From: Gracilimonas sp.
GTDB taxonomy: Bacteria; Bacteroidota; Rhodothermia; Balneolales; Balneolaceae
DNA: 64,000 nucleotides
Direction of reading: 5' to 3'
NCBI RefSeq assembly: GCF_965227785.1
Contig: NZ_OZ245785.1
Location: forward strand, 1,446,293 to 1,510,292
Shown here: in pieces, positions 1 to 9,884 of the stretch
How the letters are laid out: every line of letters begins with the position of its first letter
How positions within the stretch are numbered: the stretch's first letter is position 1
The notes under the pieces: model-generated
Told to the model about the DNA's origin: nothing
The model's database searches: none
Seen by the model: the letters and a program-made list of their open reading frames with translations, nothing else
Program-made: the position numbers and the translations under genes

Positions 1-1828
1 TCTTCCAGATGAACCGGCCAAACAGCTCTGCTTTCTCTGAAATTCTTGCCCACCAAACCTGTAGTTTCGTCTTCCAGTCAACCGCAGCTTGTTTAGCTTT
101 ATATTCGGCGCCGGCCAGGCGGACTTCACTCACATCCTGTTTCTCGAGCAATTTAGTCAGCTTAACAAAAGCCCCATGTTGTTTCTCTTGAAGCTTGCCA
201 GCAAGTGATTCTCTTTCTTCCCGAACTTCCTGCTGAAGCTCATTTAGCTTGGTTTTGGCCCGTTCAAGTCCCTCCCGGGCAACCTGAATAGGTTCTTCTT
301 CGTCCGATTTTTTGACTTCATCTGCTATTTCCAGATTAGTATAAATAATTTGAGAAATTTCCTGCAGACTTTGCATCACCTTCATCAAAAACTGCTCAGC
401 CTTAATTTCTTTAGGCATGAATTCCTTAACCAGATGATTGCTAATCACACGCTCAACCAGTACCTGCCAGTCCACCTGCTCAAACTCATACTCCGGGGGC
501 AGCTTTGTTAAATCCAGCTCCTCAATGAGCGTTGCTTTCTCCGGCAGCTCGAGAGTCCACTCCGGAATTGCCGAGGTAAATCGTTCAAACTTTGTGCCTA
601 ATGCAGCATCTTCGATGAACTCTCCCAACGGCTCAATGATCTTTTGCTCGGCAAAGCTAATCATTTTATCCTGATGCTCACTACTGAGCTCACGAACCTG
701 CTTCATCGTACGATCTTCGGATTCATCAAAAATCGATATCGCCTCCTCCAACTGATCCATAAGCCTATTAGTTGGAGATTCAATATGATCAGTAAAAAAC
801 TCAGTTATGGATTCACTGAACCCTCCCGTTCGCTCTCCTACCGTTTTATAAAGCTGCATAAAATCCATCGACAGATACACCCGGTGTACAAGTACTTTCA
901 GAAGCTCGGTCCATACTTTGGCATCTTTTTGGCGTCGGGTCTGAATGCTATTCTGCCGGTGAACGATTTTCGTTTTGGTGTATTCACTTACTGGCCGCTC
1001 AAAAGTGCCCGTCAAAGATATTGCCCGTTCGATTTCATCGCTAACATCCTGAACATACCCTTGCAGCTTTTGGGTTTGATCCGACCTGAGGTCTTCCAGC
1101 TTTTGCAACGCTTCATCGAAAAACACTTCTAAATCTTGTTTGGTAGGTGTAGCCTGCGAGTGATTTTCTGTCTGTGATTCCTCCTTTTCTTCCCCTTCCG
1201 CCTCCTCATGAATGATTAATCCACCGGAATGCAGCGACCATTTGTCTGCTTCCATTAACACTTCGGCTTTCAGCTTTTGAATTTCGTTGGACCACTCCCG
1301 CATCCACTTATCCAATCGCAACAGATGAATTCTAACCACAAACTGCAACGGTATTGTTTGCTTCCAGACCGGACCCGGTATTTCCTGTTTCCCAAATACT
1401 TTTCGAACACCGTTTGCTGATGTATTTGCACCTCGCTGAAAACCTCTGGCACAACGCTTAAAAAACTTCCCGAGCTTTATCATCCCTGAATCATCTGGAT
1501 GAGAATCAAACCGGCCATCCTGCTGGGGTAATACTACCTCTTCCTGAATTTTAGAAAGAACCGGTTTCAGGTTATCAAGCCATTCTACTTTTGATTCGGA
1601 TTCGCTTTCCTCTTCAGCGTTATCAATCTCTGCATGAGCCTTCTCTGTAAATTTCCGCAGTGACTTCTCCGTCTCATCCGCATCAATACCCGACTGAGTT
1701 TGTCTGAGCAAATCCTGTAGCTGCTGAGCTTCTGTTTCAAGTACATTCTCCAGGTTAGCTTTCACTTCAGAAAGCCAATCATTGCGAAGCTGTTCTAAGA
1801 TTTTATCCCGGGAATAGTCGGTTTTCAT
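1..1828 (-). CDS. Large acidic, probably coiled-coil hypothetical protein; N-terminal 609 codons only (3' end lies beyond the window edge)
   Basis: Hand translation of the minus strand from ATG at 1828 (MKTDYSRDKILEQLRNDWLSEVKANLENV...) stays open to position 1. It is absent from the ORF track because no stop lies in the window. Plus-strand ORFs 9-1132 are Ser/Leu-rich antisense-type sequences. Confidence 0.7.
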   Translation of the reverse strand, partial: MKTDYSRDKILEQLRNDWLSEVKANLENVLETEAQQLQDLLRQTQSGIDADETEKSLRKFTEKAHAEIDNAEEESESESKVEWLDNLKPVLSKIQEEVVLPQQDGRFDSHPDDSGMIKLGKFFKRCARGFQRGANTSANGVRKVFGKQEIPGPVWKQTIPLQFVVRIHLLRLDKWMREWSNEIQKLKAEVLMEADKWSLHSGGLIIHEEAEGEEKEESQTENHSQATPTKQDLEVFFDEALQKLEDLRSDQTQKLQGYVQDVSDEIERAISLTGTFERPVSEYTKTKIVHRQNSIQTRRQKDAKVWTELLKVLVHRVYLSMDFMQLYKTVGERTGGFSESITEFFTDHIESPTNRLMDQLEEAISIFDESEDRTMKQVRELSSEHQDKMISFAEQKIIEPLGEFIEDAALGTKFERFTSAIPEWTLELPEKATLIEELDLTKLPPEYEFEQVDWQVLVERVISNHLVKEFMPKEIKAEQFLMKVMQSLQEISQIIYTNLEIADEVKKSDEEEPIQVAREGLERAKTKLNELQQEVREERESLAGKLQEKQHGAFVKLTKLLEKQDVSEVRLAGAEYKAKQAAVDWKTKLQVWWARISEKAELFGRFIWK

Positions 1829-2041
1829 AAAGATTAAAAGGGTTTCTCGGTGCAGCCTGAACCTAAGCCGTTATTATTTGATAATAATATATCTGCTATC
1901 TATGCAGAAGGTATCATTAAAACTGAATTTTCACACTTTATCCTTTTTTTGGAACTCTTTCAATGGTTTAGAGAATATCTTACATTATAACCATCATCTA
2001 TCAGACAAGTAACTTACCGAAATCATAACCCCGGCTTCAAT

Positions 2042-3301
2042 ATGCGCATATCTCATATTTACAGAGCGCTTCCATTGTTGTTCATATTGCTATTCTCTTT
2101 CGCGACCAGCTTTGCACAAACACAGCTCCACCGGGTTTCAAATACCGCTCGCAGCGATGGCATGGGTTATGTAGTCCGGTATCATCTCACCGCACCGGTT
2201 GATTCATTTAAGATACTACAGCCTGCTCCAGACCTCATCCAAATGGTTTTATATGATGAGGAGATAGACACAACCGGATTAACACTGCCTGAGCAAAGCG
2301 AGAAGCTGAAGGAAGTGCGCCTGTATAAGCTTAAATATGGTTACGGGGTGGATATCTATCTCGGAAACGGAGCCTATTATAAATCCAATGCCTATCTGGA
2401 TCAAAACGGTTCTGATATACTGGTAAACCTGGAAATAGCTGATCAGCGGGAAGTGGAACGGTATTCACAGCAGTTTTTAGCCCGCAATTGGTACGAAGAA
2501 ATTGTGGATGAAGGTGCTCTGGAAGTCGCCCCGGTTGATACTGCTCCCAACAATGAGTTTTATTACGATGTAAAGGATAAGCTACGCTTTGACAAAATTG
2601 TCATCGACCCCGGACATGGTGGATATGATTCTGGTGCTATTGGATATAAAGGGGTCAAAGAAAAAGAAATTACCCTTGCGGTAGCCCAAAAACTGGGCGC
2701 TTATGTTAATGAACATCTCCCTGGCGTGGAAGTAGTATATACCCGAACAGATGACAGCTATCTTGGGCTTTCTGAATTAGGACACTTTGCCAACCTTGCT
2801 GAGGCAGATCTGTATGTATCCATACATTGTAATTCTTACCACAATCAATATGTCCGCGGAGCCGAGGTTTATTTTCTCGGGCTTTCTAAAAGCAAGGCAT
2901 CACTGGAAGTAATGAAAAGAGAGAATAGTGTGTTCAAAGATCAGGTCGACAAGGAATTAACGGAAGAGGATTTACTTGTTTATGAGTTGGCCCATAGTGG
3001 ATTTATTGCCACAAGTGAGAAAATAGCCTACATGATGGAAGATCAATTCAAAAACCGGGCACAGCGGAAATCAAGAGGGGTAAAACAAGCACCTTTCCAG
3101 GTATTATTTGAAGCCTCCATGCCCGCTGTACTAGTTGAACTGGGTTTTATAAGTAACCCGGCTGAACAGCGATTCCTCACCAGTGATTATGGACAAAGCA
3201 TTATGGCTTCTGCCCTCTTTCGTGCCATTCGGGATTACAAAGTAGAGTATGACCAAAAGCAGGCCTACAACACCACTTCTTCATCTTCTAACCAAAAATA
3301 A
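2042..3301 (+). CDS. N-acetylmuramoyl-L-alanine amidase (Amidase_3 C-terminal domain) with signal peptide
   Basis: Signal peptide ending SFAQ. Motifs DPGHGGYDSGAIG, SIHCNS, RGAEVYF and PAVLVELGFISNP are typical of AmiC-type amidases. Confidence 0.85.
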   Translation: MRISHIYRALPLLFILLFSFATSFAQTQLHRVSNTARSDGMGYVVRYHLTAPVDSFKILQPAPDLIQMVLYDEEIDTTGLTLPEQSEKLKEVRLYKLKYGYGVDIYLGNGAYYKSNAYLDQNGSDILVNLEIADQREVERYSQQFLARNWYEEIVDEGALEVAPVDTAPNNEFYYDVKDKLRFDKIVIDPGHGGYDSGAIGYKGVKEKEITLAVAQKLGAYVNEHLPGVEVVYTRTDDSYLGLSELGHFANLAEADLYVSIHCNSYHNQYVRGAEVYFLGLSKSKASLEVMKRENSVFKDQVDKELTEEDLLVYELAHSGFIATSEKIAYMMEDQFKNRAQRKSRGVKQAPFQVLFEASMPAVLVELGFISNPAEQRFLTSDYGQSIMASALFRAIRDYKVEYDQKQAYNTTSSSSNQK

Positions 3302-3303
3302 GC

Positions 3304-3927
3304 ATGTCATCCAAGCCTTTAGTTATTGGCGTTGCCGGGGGGAGCGGTTCAGGAAAAACAACAGTTATTAATTACATCTGTAAGGAATTTGCCAAGGATA
3401 ATATTCTGCGGCTTGAGCACGACTCCTACTACCGGGAGCTCGACCACCTTCCTTTTGAAGAACGGGTGAAGCAGAACTTTGATCACCCGGCCTCCCTCGA
3501 AACCGAACTCATGATCCGCCATATTAAAGCGTTGATGGAAGGATACCCGGTGGAAGTTCCGGTTTATGATTTTGAGAAGCACACACGCAAGGACGAAACC
3601 ATCACGGCCACACCTTCAAAAGTGATCCTTATTGATGGAATTCTCATTTTCTCGGAGCCGGATTTGTTGAACCTGATGGATGTTAAAATCTTTGTGGATA
3701 CCGATGACGATGTTCGCCTGCTCCGGCGATTGAAACGGGATATTCAGGAACGCGGAAGATCAGTTGACGGTGTGCTTACCCAATACGAAAAATTTGTACG
3801 CCCCATGCACCTTGAATTCGTTGAGCCGAGCAAGCGTTACGCGGATGTCATCATTCCTCGCGGAGGAAAAAATAAAGTGGCTCTCGAAATGGTCTCAGCC
3901 CTCATCCGGGGCAAAATGAATTCATAA
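3304..3927 (+). CDS. udk: Uridine kinase
   Basis: P-loop GVAGGSGSGKTT; the DHPASLE and RRLKRDIQERGRS regions are typical of Udk. Confidence 0.9.
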   Translation: MSSKPLVIGVAGGSGSGKTTVINYICKEFAKDNILRLEHDSYYRELDHLPFEERVKQNFDHPASLETELMIRHIKALMEGYPVEVPVYDFEKHTRKDETITATPSKVILIDGILIFSEPDLLNLMDVKIFVDTDDDVRLLRRLKRDIQERGRSVDGVLTQYEKFVRPMHLEFVEPSKRYADVIIPRGGKNKVALEMVSALIRGKMNS

Positions 3928-3942
3928 GCAGTTCATCCATGG

Positions 3943-4704
3943 TTATTTGATGCTCTTTGTTCGGTGTTCTAACCTTTGCATCCCATCAAACACCAAAAAA
4001 GGTCTCACTTTACACTCTCTGTTCAGCAGACTCTCAATTTTCCGGGCATCCCCCCCTGTGATGAATAGCTCAAAATCCCCAAATTCTTTCTTATACTTTT
4101 GCAAAGCTCCTTCAACGGCCATTCTATAAAATCCGGCCTGCCCCCATTTCAGTGAATCAACTGTGCTTTTTCCGGGCCATATTTTCGGAACTTCGGTTTC
4201 AACGTTCGGCAAGGCCGGTGCTTTTTGGTGCAAAATTTCTCCAAAGGCTGACAATCCCGGTGCTATCAATCCACCATGGTACACATCCTCCTGATCCATG
4301 AAGTCTATAGTCAGGGCCGTTCCCGCGTCAATCACTACAACCGCATCACCTACCTGATCCGTGGCTCCATAGCAAGCCAGAAAACGGTCAACTCCCAGCG
4401 TGTCAATCGTCTCATAGTCAAGTAACTCCCGCGGAATAGTGCTTGTGGTAAGCTCGATCAGGGTCACATCACTTAATTCCGAACGAATCGCCTTTCTCAC
4501 ATCATCTCTCACACTTGATAAAACGATATGAGAAAACGACTCAGGGTGATCATCAATCCATTGAACCAACTCTGAAGCCGTATATTTTTCTTTGGTGTGA
4601 ATGGCCTCCCAACTTAGCCCATTCTTATAGGCTCCCTTGATGGAAGAATTCCCTGCATCAAGGTACAGGGCTTTTTTTGAATAATTGGAATCGATTTTGC
4701 TCAT
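3943..4704 (-). CDS. coaX: Type III pantothenate kinase
   Basis: LDAGNSSIKG and VIDAGTALTID phosphate-binding motifs; about 250 aa. Confidence 0.85.
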   Translation of the reverse strand: MSKIDSNYSKKALYLDAGNSSIKGAYKNGLSWEAIHTKEKYTASELVQWIDDHPESFSHIVLSSVRDDVRKAIRSELSDVTLIELTTSTIPRELLDYETIDTLGVDRFLACYGATDQVGDAVVVIDAGTALTIDFMDQEDVYHGGLIAPGLSAFGEILHQKAPALPNVETEVPKIWPGKSTVDSLKWGQAGFYRMAVEGALQKYKKEFGDFELFITGGDARKIESLLNRECKVRPFLVFDGMQRLEHRTKSIK

Positions 4705-4757
4705 CTTTTTGTAGTACTTTTAAAACCATTGAATGTAAATAAAATACCATTTTTACA

Positions 4758-5477
4758 ATGAACCTTGATTCAAAAATCGCCATCGTTACCGGAGCCAGCA
4801 GTGGCATTGGAGCCGAATTCAGTAAAATGCTTATCGAAAATGGAGTGGAGGTATATGGACTTGCGCGTAGCCTCGATAAGATGAAGAACCTTCAAAAATC
4901 ACTGGGCGATAAGTTTCATCCCGTAAAAATGGATATCACTGACGCCGATGCATTGGAAGAATGGGTGGACGATACTTTCGATTTAAATCACCTGCCGGAT
5001 ATCCTGATCAATAATGCCGGTGTTATGTATTCCGCTAATGTGGATGACCTGTCCATGAGTGAGTGGCATACGATGATTAATGTTAACCTGAACGGGATTT
5101 TTTATCTCACCCGCCTTATTGTTCCGCTGATGAAAGACAATGAGAATACCTGTCATATCATCAACATTTCATCTATTGCCGGCTTGTTAGGAAACCCTAC
5201 CATCTCCGGATACAACGCCAGCAAGTTCGGCGTACGAGGCTTCAGTGAAGCATTATTTAAGGAACTTCGGTATGATGGCATTAAAGTCACCTGCGTATTT
5301 CCGGGTTCTATCGACACTGATTTGTTTGATAAAATTGATGGTATCGACAACCATCCAAACATGATGAAAACAACCGATATCTCAAGCACAGTGAAGTTCC
5401 TGCTCGAAACGGACGACAATTTTCTGATCAACGAAATCACTATGCGACCGCTGAACCCCAAAGATCCTACCAATTAA
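4758..5477 (+). CDS. SDR family oxidoreductase
   Basis: TGASSGIG cofactor motif, NNAG, and the S...YNASK catalytic triad region. Confidence 0.85.
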   Translation: MNLDSKIAIVTGASSGIGAEFSKMLIENGVEVYGLARSLDKMKNLQKSLGDKFHPVKMDITDADALEEWVDDTFDLNHLPDILINNAGVMYSANVDDLSMSEWHTMINVNLNGIFYLTRLIVPLMKDNENTCHIINISSIAGLLGNPTISGYNASKFGVRGFSEALFKELRYDGIKVTCVFPGSIDTDLFDKIDGIDNHPNMMKTTDISSTVKFLLETDDNFLINEITMRPLNPKDPTN

Positions 5478-5485
5478 GAAACTCA

Positions 5486-5875
5486 ATGAAAAAGCTATTT
5501 CCTCAAGCTGTTATTCTCATCATAATTGTTTTAGTAGGATACGGTTGCATGGGCCCGGAGGAAGCTCCTAAGCCTGATAACCTGATCAGTGAACAAAATT
5601 ACATCGATCTCCTGATCGAAATGCAGCATATTTCTACCTACAGGGATGCCCAACCCGACAGCGTAAACGCTGATTCGCTGAAAGCGTTGGTCTACGATAA
5701 ATTTGGTATAACCGAAGAGCAGTTTCTAAACTCTCATACATTTTACCAAAAGCAGGTAGAGCGCCAATTAATCAGGGTACAGGAAGTGATTCGCCAGCTG
5801 GAAAATGAGGAGCAGTATATCCAGGTGCATATTGATTCCGTGAAGGCAGCAAAGAGAGATTCAACGGGGGGATAG
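5486..5875 (+). CDS. Small lipoprotein, DUF4296-like
   Basis: Lipobox LVGYGC. The helical body resembles Bacteroidota DUF4296 proteins; this is recalled from memory and not searched. Confidence 0.55.
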   Translation: MKKLFPQAVILIIIVLVGYGCMGPEEAPKPDNLISEQNYIDLLIEMQHISTYRDAQPDSVNADSLKALVYDKFGITEEQFLNSHTFYQKQVERQLIRVQEVIRQLENEEQYIQVHIDSVKAAKRDSTGG

Positions 5876-5914
5876 GTGTTAGGTTTTAGGGGCAAGGTTT
5901 TAGGTGTTAGGGGT
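5873..5914. repeat. Left arm of a heptamer-phased inverted repeat: six TAGGNNT-type units
   Basis: TAGGTGT TAGGTTT TAGGGGC AAGGTTT TAGGTGT TAGGGGT read in exact 7-nt phase. The first TAG is the stop of the 5486-5875 gene. Confidence 0.9.
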
Positions 5915-5917
5915 AGG

Positions 5918-6262
5918 TCACTTGTTTAAAAGGGTGTGTAGCATTTTTTGAACTTCGGTATTGAATTCCAGAGCGGAGTCAAGCTTATCGCTTTCAATAA
6001 TTTGATTTTCCTTAAGCAACAATAATTGGGTTTCAAGCTCAAAACTGGAACCAAGTGATATTCTCAGAAATCTTTTAAAATCTTTACGGCTTTCTCTGCT
6101 ACAAGCTTCAGCAATATTGGAAGGAACCGAAATTGATGATCTTATAATCTGATCTCTGTAAGTGTATCTCTCAACTTTTGGCAGTTCTTTAATGATGACA
6201 TGTACAATTGAAGTCATTTCCATGCTTCGCTGCCAAACTATAAGCTTTTTGAAATTTTTCAT
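5918..6262 (-). CDS. Four-helix-bundle protein (23S rRNA intervening-sequence protein family)
   Basis: 114 aa. LIVWQRSMEM..., PKVERYTYRDQIIRSSISVPSNIAEA, DFKRFLRISLGSSFELETQLLL are hallmark motifs of this family. Confidence 0.85.
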   Translation of the reverse strand: MKNFKKLIVWQRSMEMTSIVHVIIKELPKVERYTYRDQIIRSSISVPSNIAEACSRESRKDFKRFLRISLGSSFELETQLLLLKENQIIESDKLDSALEFNTEVQKMLHTLLNK

Positions 6263-6359
6263 CAGATCTACTCTTTGGCTTGTTATTCAGTAAGAGCTCT
6301 GAAAACCCAATTCCTTACAAAACTAAATAGTCTTTACTCAAATAGAAGCATGCACAAAC

Positions 6360-6408
6360 ACCACTAACACCTAAAACCTTGTCCCTAAAACCTAACCTAC
6401 CCTAACCT
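6360..6408. repeat. Right arm (reverse-complement units) of the TAGGNNT inverted repeat
   Basis: 6367-6394 ACACCTAAAACCTTGTCCCTAAAACCTA is the reverse complement of 5880-5907 with 1 mismatch (27/28). The arm overlaps the last codons and stop of recQ. Confidence 0.9.
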
Positions 6409-8328
6409 ACAATAATAGCCCGGTTTAGAGGGCACCGTGGTCACTTTATCCTCACGTATCAAAAACTGAAGGGCCTGCTGTACTTTTCGTTTAGACCGCC
6501 TGGTTGAACTGCATAGTTGAGATATCGTCTTTTCCTCCGATTTAAGTTCATCGTAAATAGCTTTTATGTCCTCATCAGTTGGATTAGCGTCTTCTGAGCA
6601 CCCATTTTTCAGGCAATTATCGCAGTGGCCGCAGGGCTCTGCATCCGTATCTCCAAAGTAATTTCGAAGATATACCTCCCGGCACTGATCGGTTAAAATA
6701 TATCCGTGCATATGTTCAAGCTTACGGAACAGGTTGTTTCGGTGCGACTCCACCTCTTTCTTTGTCAGTGGTAAGTTTTTGGAACGAGCTTCCAGCACTT
6801 TGACCAGGCTTCGTTGTTTATGCATCTCAAAAACCAATACCTGATCGTTCTGCATCAGCACGTTTAATCCTTTTACCAGGGCATTTCTGCGTATGCCGAG
6901 TTTATCCAACACATATTCTTCATCCAGCTGCACCATTTCTTTAAAGGCCAAACCCCCAAACATCCGCTCCAGCTTATCGGTGAATTCAGCCTTCTCCTCG
7001 TTCTTACACTTTTCCCGGAAAGTCTTCATCGCGTTTTGGCTGAGGGTAAACTGCACGCTTACCGCCGGCTTTACTTCTTCCTGCATAGCTATCACATCAA
7101 ACTGATCCAGCAGTCGCATGGCTGCACGTGCTTTTCCGTATTTAAGCTTTCCCCTTTTTTTGATCTGTTCGATGTCGAATGACATGGACTCTTCCATTTC
7201 TGATCCTACCGCCAGGTGAAAACTGTCGCATAAAACCTGATAGACGTGGTTCAGTTCATCCAACGTCGGATAACCCTGATCTATGCGGTCGTCGGCTTTG
7301 TGGTAGTCCGATTCTCTATAAAGTAAAATTGGAAAACTTTCTTCCCCATCCCGACCGGCCCGGCCTGCTTCCTGGTAGTAGGCCTCCAGTGAATACGGCA
7401 TCTCTTCATGAATTACATACCGGCAGTTGGGTTTATCAATCCCCATCCCGAAAGCATTAGTTGCAGCTACCAGTGGTGTTTCCCCTGAGATCCATCGCTG
7501 CTGAATGGCTTTACGTTCTTCTGATCCTACCCCTGCATGGTAGGCCTCGGTTTTTATACCCATTCGGGAAAACCGCTCGGCCTGCAACTCACAGTTCTTG
7601 CGGGTTCCGCCGTAAATAAGTCCATCTCCTTTCCGGGCTCCCTTTTTTACCGACTCCTCCAGCTTCTTTTTCTTATTGGGAGCATTAACTACCCACCATT
7701 TTAAATTAGGACGAGAAAATCCCCGGGAAATGACGTTAGCATCTTCAAAACCAATTGAATCCAAAATGTCTTTTTGAACCTCCGGCGTGGCTGTTGCCGT
7801 AAGGGCAATCCAACGGGTTTGATCGGCAATGGGTTCCAGCGATTCTCTTATATCCCGATAACTGGGTCGGAAATCATGCCCCCATTCACTAATACAATGT
7901 GCTTCATCAACTGCTACCAGGTCGATATTCAACCGTGGCATTTCTGCCTCCCAAAGTGTGGTTTTCAGTCGCTCCGGGGCGCAATACAACAGCTTGTACA
8001 TTCCATTTCTGGCATTCACTAACCGCTGCTCGACCTCATAAGATGGAATAGTACTGTTTATAAATGTGGCCGAAACACCTTTGGCCTTCAGTTGCTGAAC
8101 CTGGTCTTGCATCAGGGCGACAAGCGGTGAGATTACCAGCGTCATACCCTCAAAAACAGTAGCCGGAACCTGGTAACAAAGGGATTTCCCGCCACCGGTT
8201 GGAAAAAGCACCAGTGTATCCAACCCATCAAAAACAGAACGGACTACCTCATCCTGTCCTGGACGAAATCCATCAAACCCCCAAATTTTTTTTAAATTTA
8301 ATTCTGCTTTCTGAAAATAATCCTGCAA
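6397..8328 (-). CDS. recQ: RecQ-family ATP-dependent DNA helicase
   Basis: PTGGGKSLCYQ Walker A, DEAHCISEWGHDFRPSY, Zn-binding CGHCDNC, C-terminal winged-helix-like tail. Confidence 0.9.
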   Translation of the reverse strand: MQDYFQKAELNLKKIWGFDGFRPGQDEVVRSVFDGLDTLVLFPTGGGKSLCYQVPATVFEGMTLVISPLVALMQDQVQQLKAKGVSATFINSTIPSYEVEQRLVNARNGMYKLLYCAPERLKTTLWEAEMPRLNIDLVAVDEAHCISEWGHDFRPSYRDIRESLEPIADQTRWIALTATATPEVQKDILDSIGFEDANVISRGFSRPNLKWWVVNAPNKKKKLEESVKKGARKGDGLIYGGTRKNCELQAERFSRMGIKTEAYHAGVGSEERKAIQQRWISGETPLVAATNAFGMGIDKPNCRYVIHEEMPYSLEAYYQEAGRAGRDGEESFPILLYRESDYHKADDRIDQGYPTLDELNHVYQVLCDSFHLAVGSEMEESMSFDIEQIKKRGKLKYGKARAAMRLLDQFDVIAMQEEVKPAVSVQFTLSQNAMKTFREKCKNEEKAEFTDKLERMFGGLAFKEMVQLDEEYVLDKLGIRRNALVKGLNVLMQNDQVLVFEMHKQRSLVKVLEARSKNLPLTKKEVESHRNNLFRKLEHMHGYILTDQCREVYLRNYFGDTDAEPCGHCDNCLKNGCSEDANPTDEDIKAIYDELKSEEKTISQLCSSTRRSKRKVQQALQFLIREDKVTTVPSKPGYYCRLG

Positions 8329-8376
8329 TTTTAACCTGTTAGATTTTTTCTCTGTTTTACTTCAAAATACAAACCA

Positions 8377-9333
8377 ATGCGAACAAAATTTCTATTCCTG
8401 TTTTTAATTATTTCCACCTTGTTTTCCTGTGGAGTTGTTTTCAACAACGACAGTATTGATTATCGGGAAGAGATGCGAAGTTTTGTTCAGGAAATTTCTG
8501 AATACGCCAAAAATCAGAATCCCGACTTTGCCGTTATTCCTCAGAACGGTCACCCTCTGCTCTTGAAAAACGGAACCATAGCCACCGACTACCTCGACGC
8601 TGTGGATGGCCTGGCACAGGAAAGCCTTTTTTTCGGATACAGTAGCGATGATCAGCCAACACCGGCCACCGAGACTAACCAGCTCCTGAAGCTGCTCAAC
8701 ATCGGCAAGGAAGCCGGGAAAACCATCCTGGTAACCGACTACTGTTTCACTTCTTTCAAGGTAAACAATTCTTATAACCAAAATTCTTCGTTAGGATACC
8801 TCTCCTTTGCGGCTCCCGATCGGGATTTAACCGAAATCCCGGACCAGCCAAATCCATTACCCGGAGTAAATGACGAACAAATTTCCGGTCTATCAGAAGC
8901 CCACAATTTTCTGTATTTGTTGAATAAATCGCAATTTGATTCCAGGGCAGATTTCATCGAAGCTGTGCAAAACACGAATTATGACATCATCGTGATGGAT
9001 GCTTTTTATGGAAGCCGAATGTTCACTCCCGGTGAGGTAGAAGAGCTCAGGCAGAAGAAAAATGGCGGTGAGCGAATGGTGATTAGTTATATGAGCATCG
9101 GGGAAGCCGAAGACTATCGATACTACTGGCAGGAAGGCTGGAGCACCGGCAACCCGGAGTGGCTGGTTCAGGAAAACCCGAACTGGGAAGGAAACTACAA
9201 GGTGATGTATTGGCATCCTGAATGGAAATCCGTTATCTATGGAAATGAAGATTCTTACCTCCAAAAAATTCTGGATGCCGGTTTTGACGGCGTTTACCTT
9301 GACATTATTGACGGGTTTGAGTTTTTTGAATGA
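8377..9333 (+). CDS. Putative glycoside hydrolase, GH114 / TM1410-MJ1477 TIM-barrel family, secreted
   Basis: Signal/lipobox LFSC. ISYMSIGEAEDYRYYW and GFDGVYLDIIDGFEF resemble this family; recalled, not searched. Confidence 0.65.
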   Translation: MRTKFLFLFLIISTLFSCGVVFNNDSIDYREEMRSFVQEISEYAKNQNPDFAVIPQNGHPLLLKNGTIATDYLDAVDGLAQESLFFGYSSDDQPTPATETNQLLKLLNIGKEAGKTILVTDYCFTSFKVNNSYNQNSSLGYLSFAAPDRDLTEIPDQPNPLPGVNDEQISGLSEAHNFLYLLNKSQFDSRADFIEAVQNTNYDIIVMDAFYGSRMFTPGEVEELRQKKNGGERMVISYMSIGEAEDYRYYWQEGWSTGNPEWLVQENPNWEGNYKVMYWHPEWKSVIYGNEDSYLQKILDAGFDGVYLDIIDGFEFFE

Positions 9334-9393
9334 GCATCGAATTAAAAAGAGATAGCAAATTTCCCGGCTAATCAGGATTATTAAACAAATATT

Positions 9394-9864
9394 ATGAAGA
9401 ACTTCATTACAGTAACACTTTTTTTGGCATTCATGTTTTTAAGCGGATGCTCTCAAGGTGATATCATCGAGTCGAGCTATACCATCAAATCGGGTTCTTC
9501 ATTTGGTATGTGTACCGGACCTTGTTACCAGGAAATGTCTCTTAACGAATCCCAGGCAGTATTAAGAGTACGGGAAAGCAAGGGAGAAGGTGGCCTTTCT
9601 GAATTGAAAGTGGAAAGTAAAAGAGCCGTCAGCCCCCAGGAGTGGTCAGAAATTCAATCACTGGTCGATCAGGAGGCTTTAAATGCATTACCTAAAGTAA
9701 TTGGCTGTCCCGATTGTGCCGATGGAGGAGCCGAATGGGTGGAAATCCGAAGTCCCGGTTTTGTAAAGAAAGTTACTTTTGAATACGGGCAACCACCGGC
9801 CCAGATTAAAGAACTGGCTGACAGGCTCAGAGAAACACGTGAAAGTTTAAGTCCCCAGGAATAA
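9394..9864 (+). CDS. Hypothetical lipoprotein
   Basis: Lipobox FLSGC and a clean ORF with normal composition; no recognised domain. Confidence 0.6.
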   Translation: MKNFITVTLFLAFMFLSGCSQGDIIESSYTIKSGSSFGMCTGPCYQEMSLNESQAVLRVRESKGEGGLSELKVESKRAVSPQEWSEIQSLVDQEALNALPKVIGCPDCADGGAEWVEIRSPGFVKKVTFEYGQPPAQIKELADRLRETRESLSPQE

Positions 9865-9884
9865 GCTCTAACCCCTTTTTAATT

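Noticed and set aside
9-1132. Plus-strand ORFs 9-191, 438-674 and 644-1132 from the track
   Set aside because: Their composition is Ser/Leu/Cys-rich and low-complexity. They lie antisense to a continuous 609-codon minus-strand frame with normal protein-like composition.
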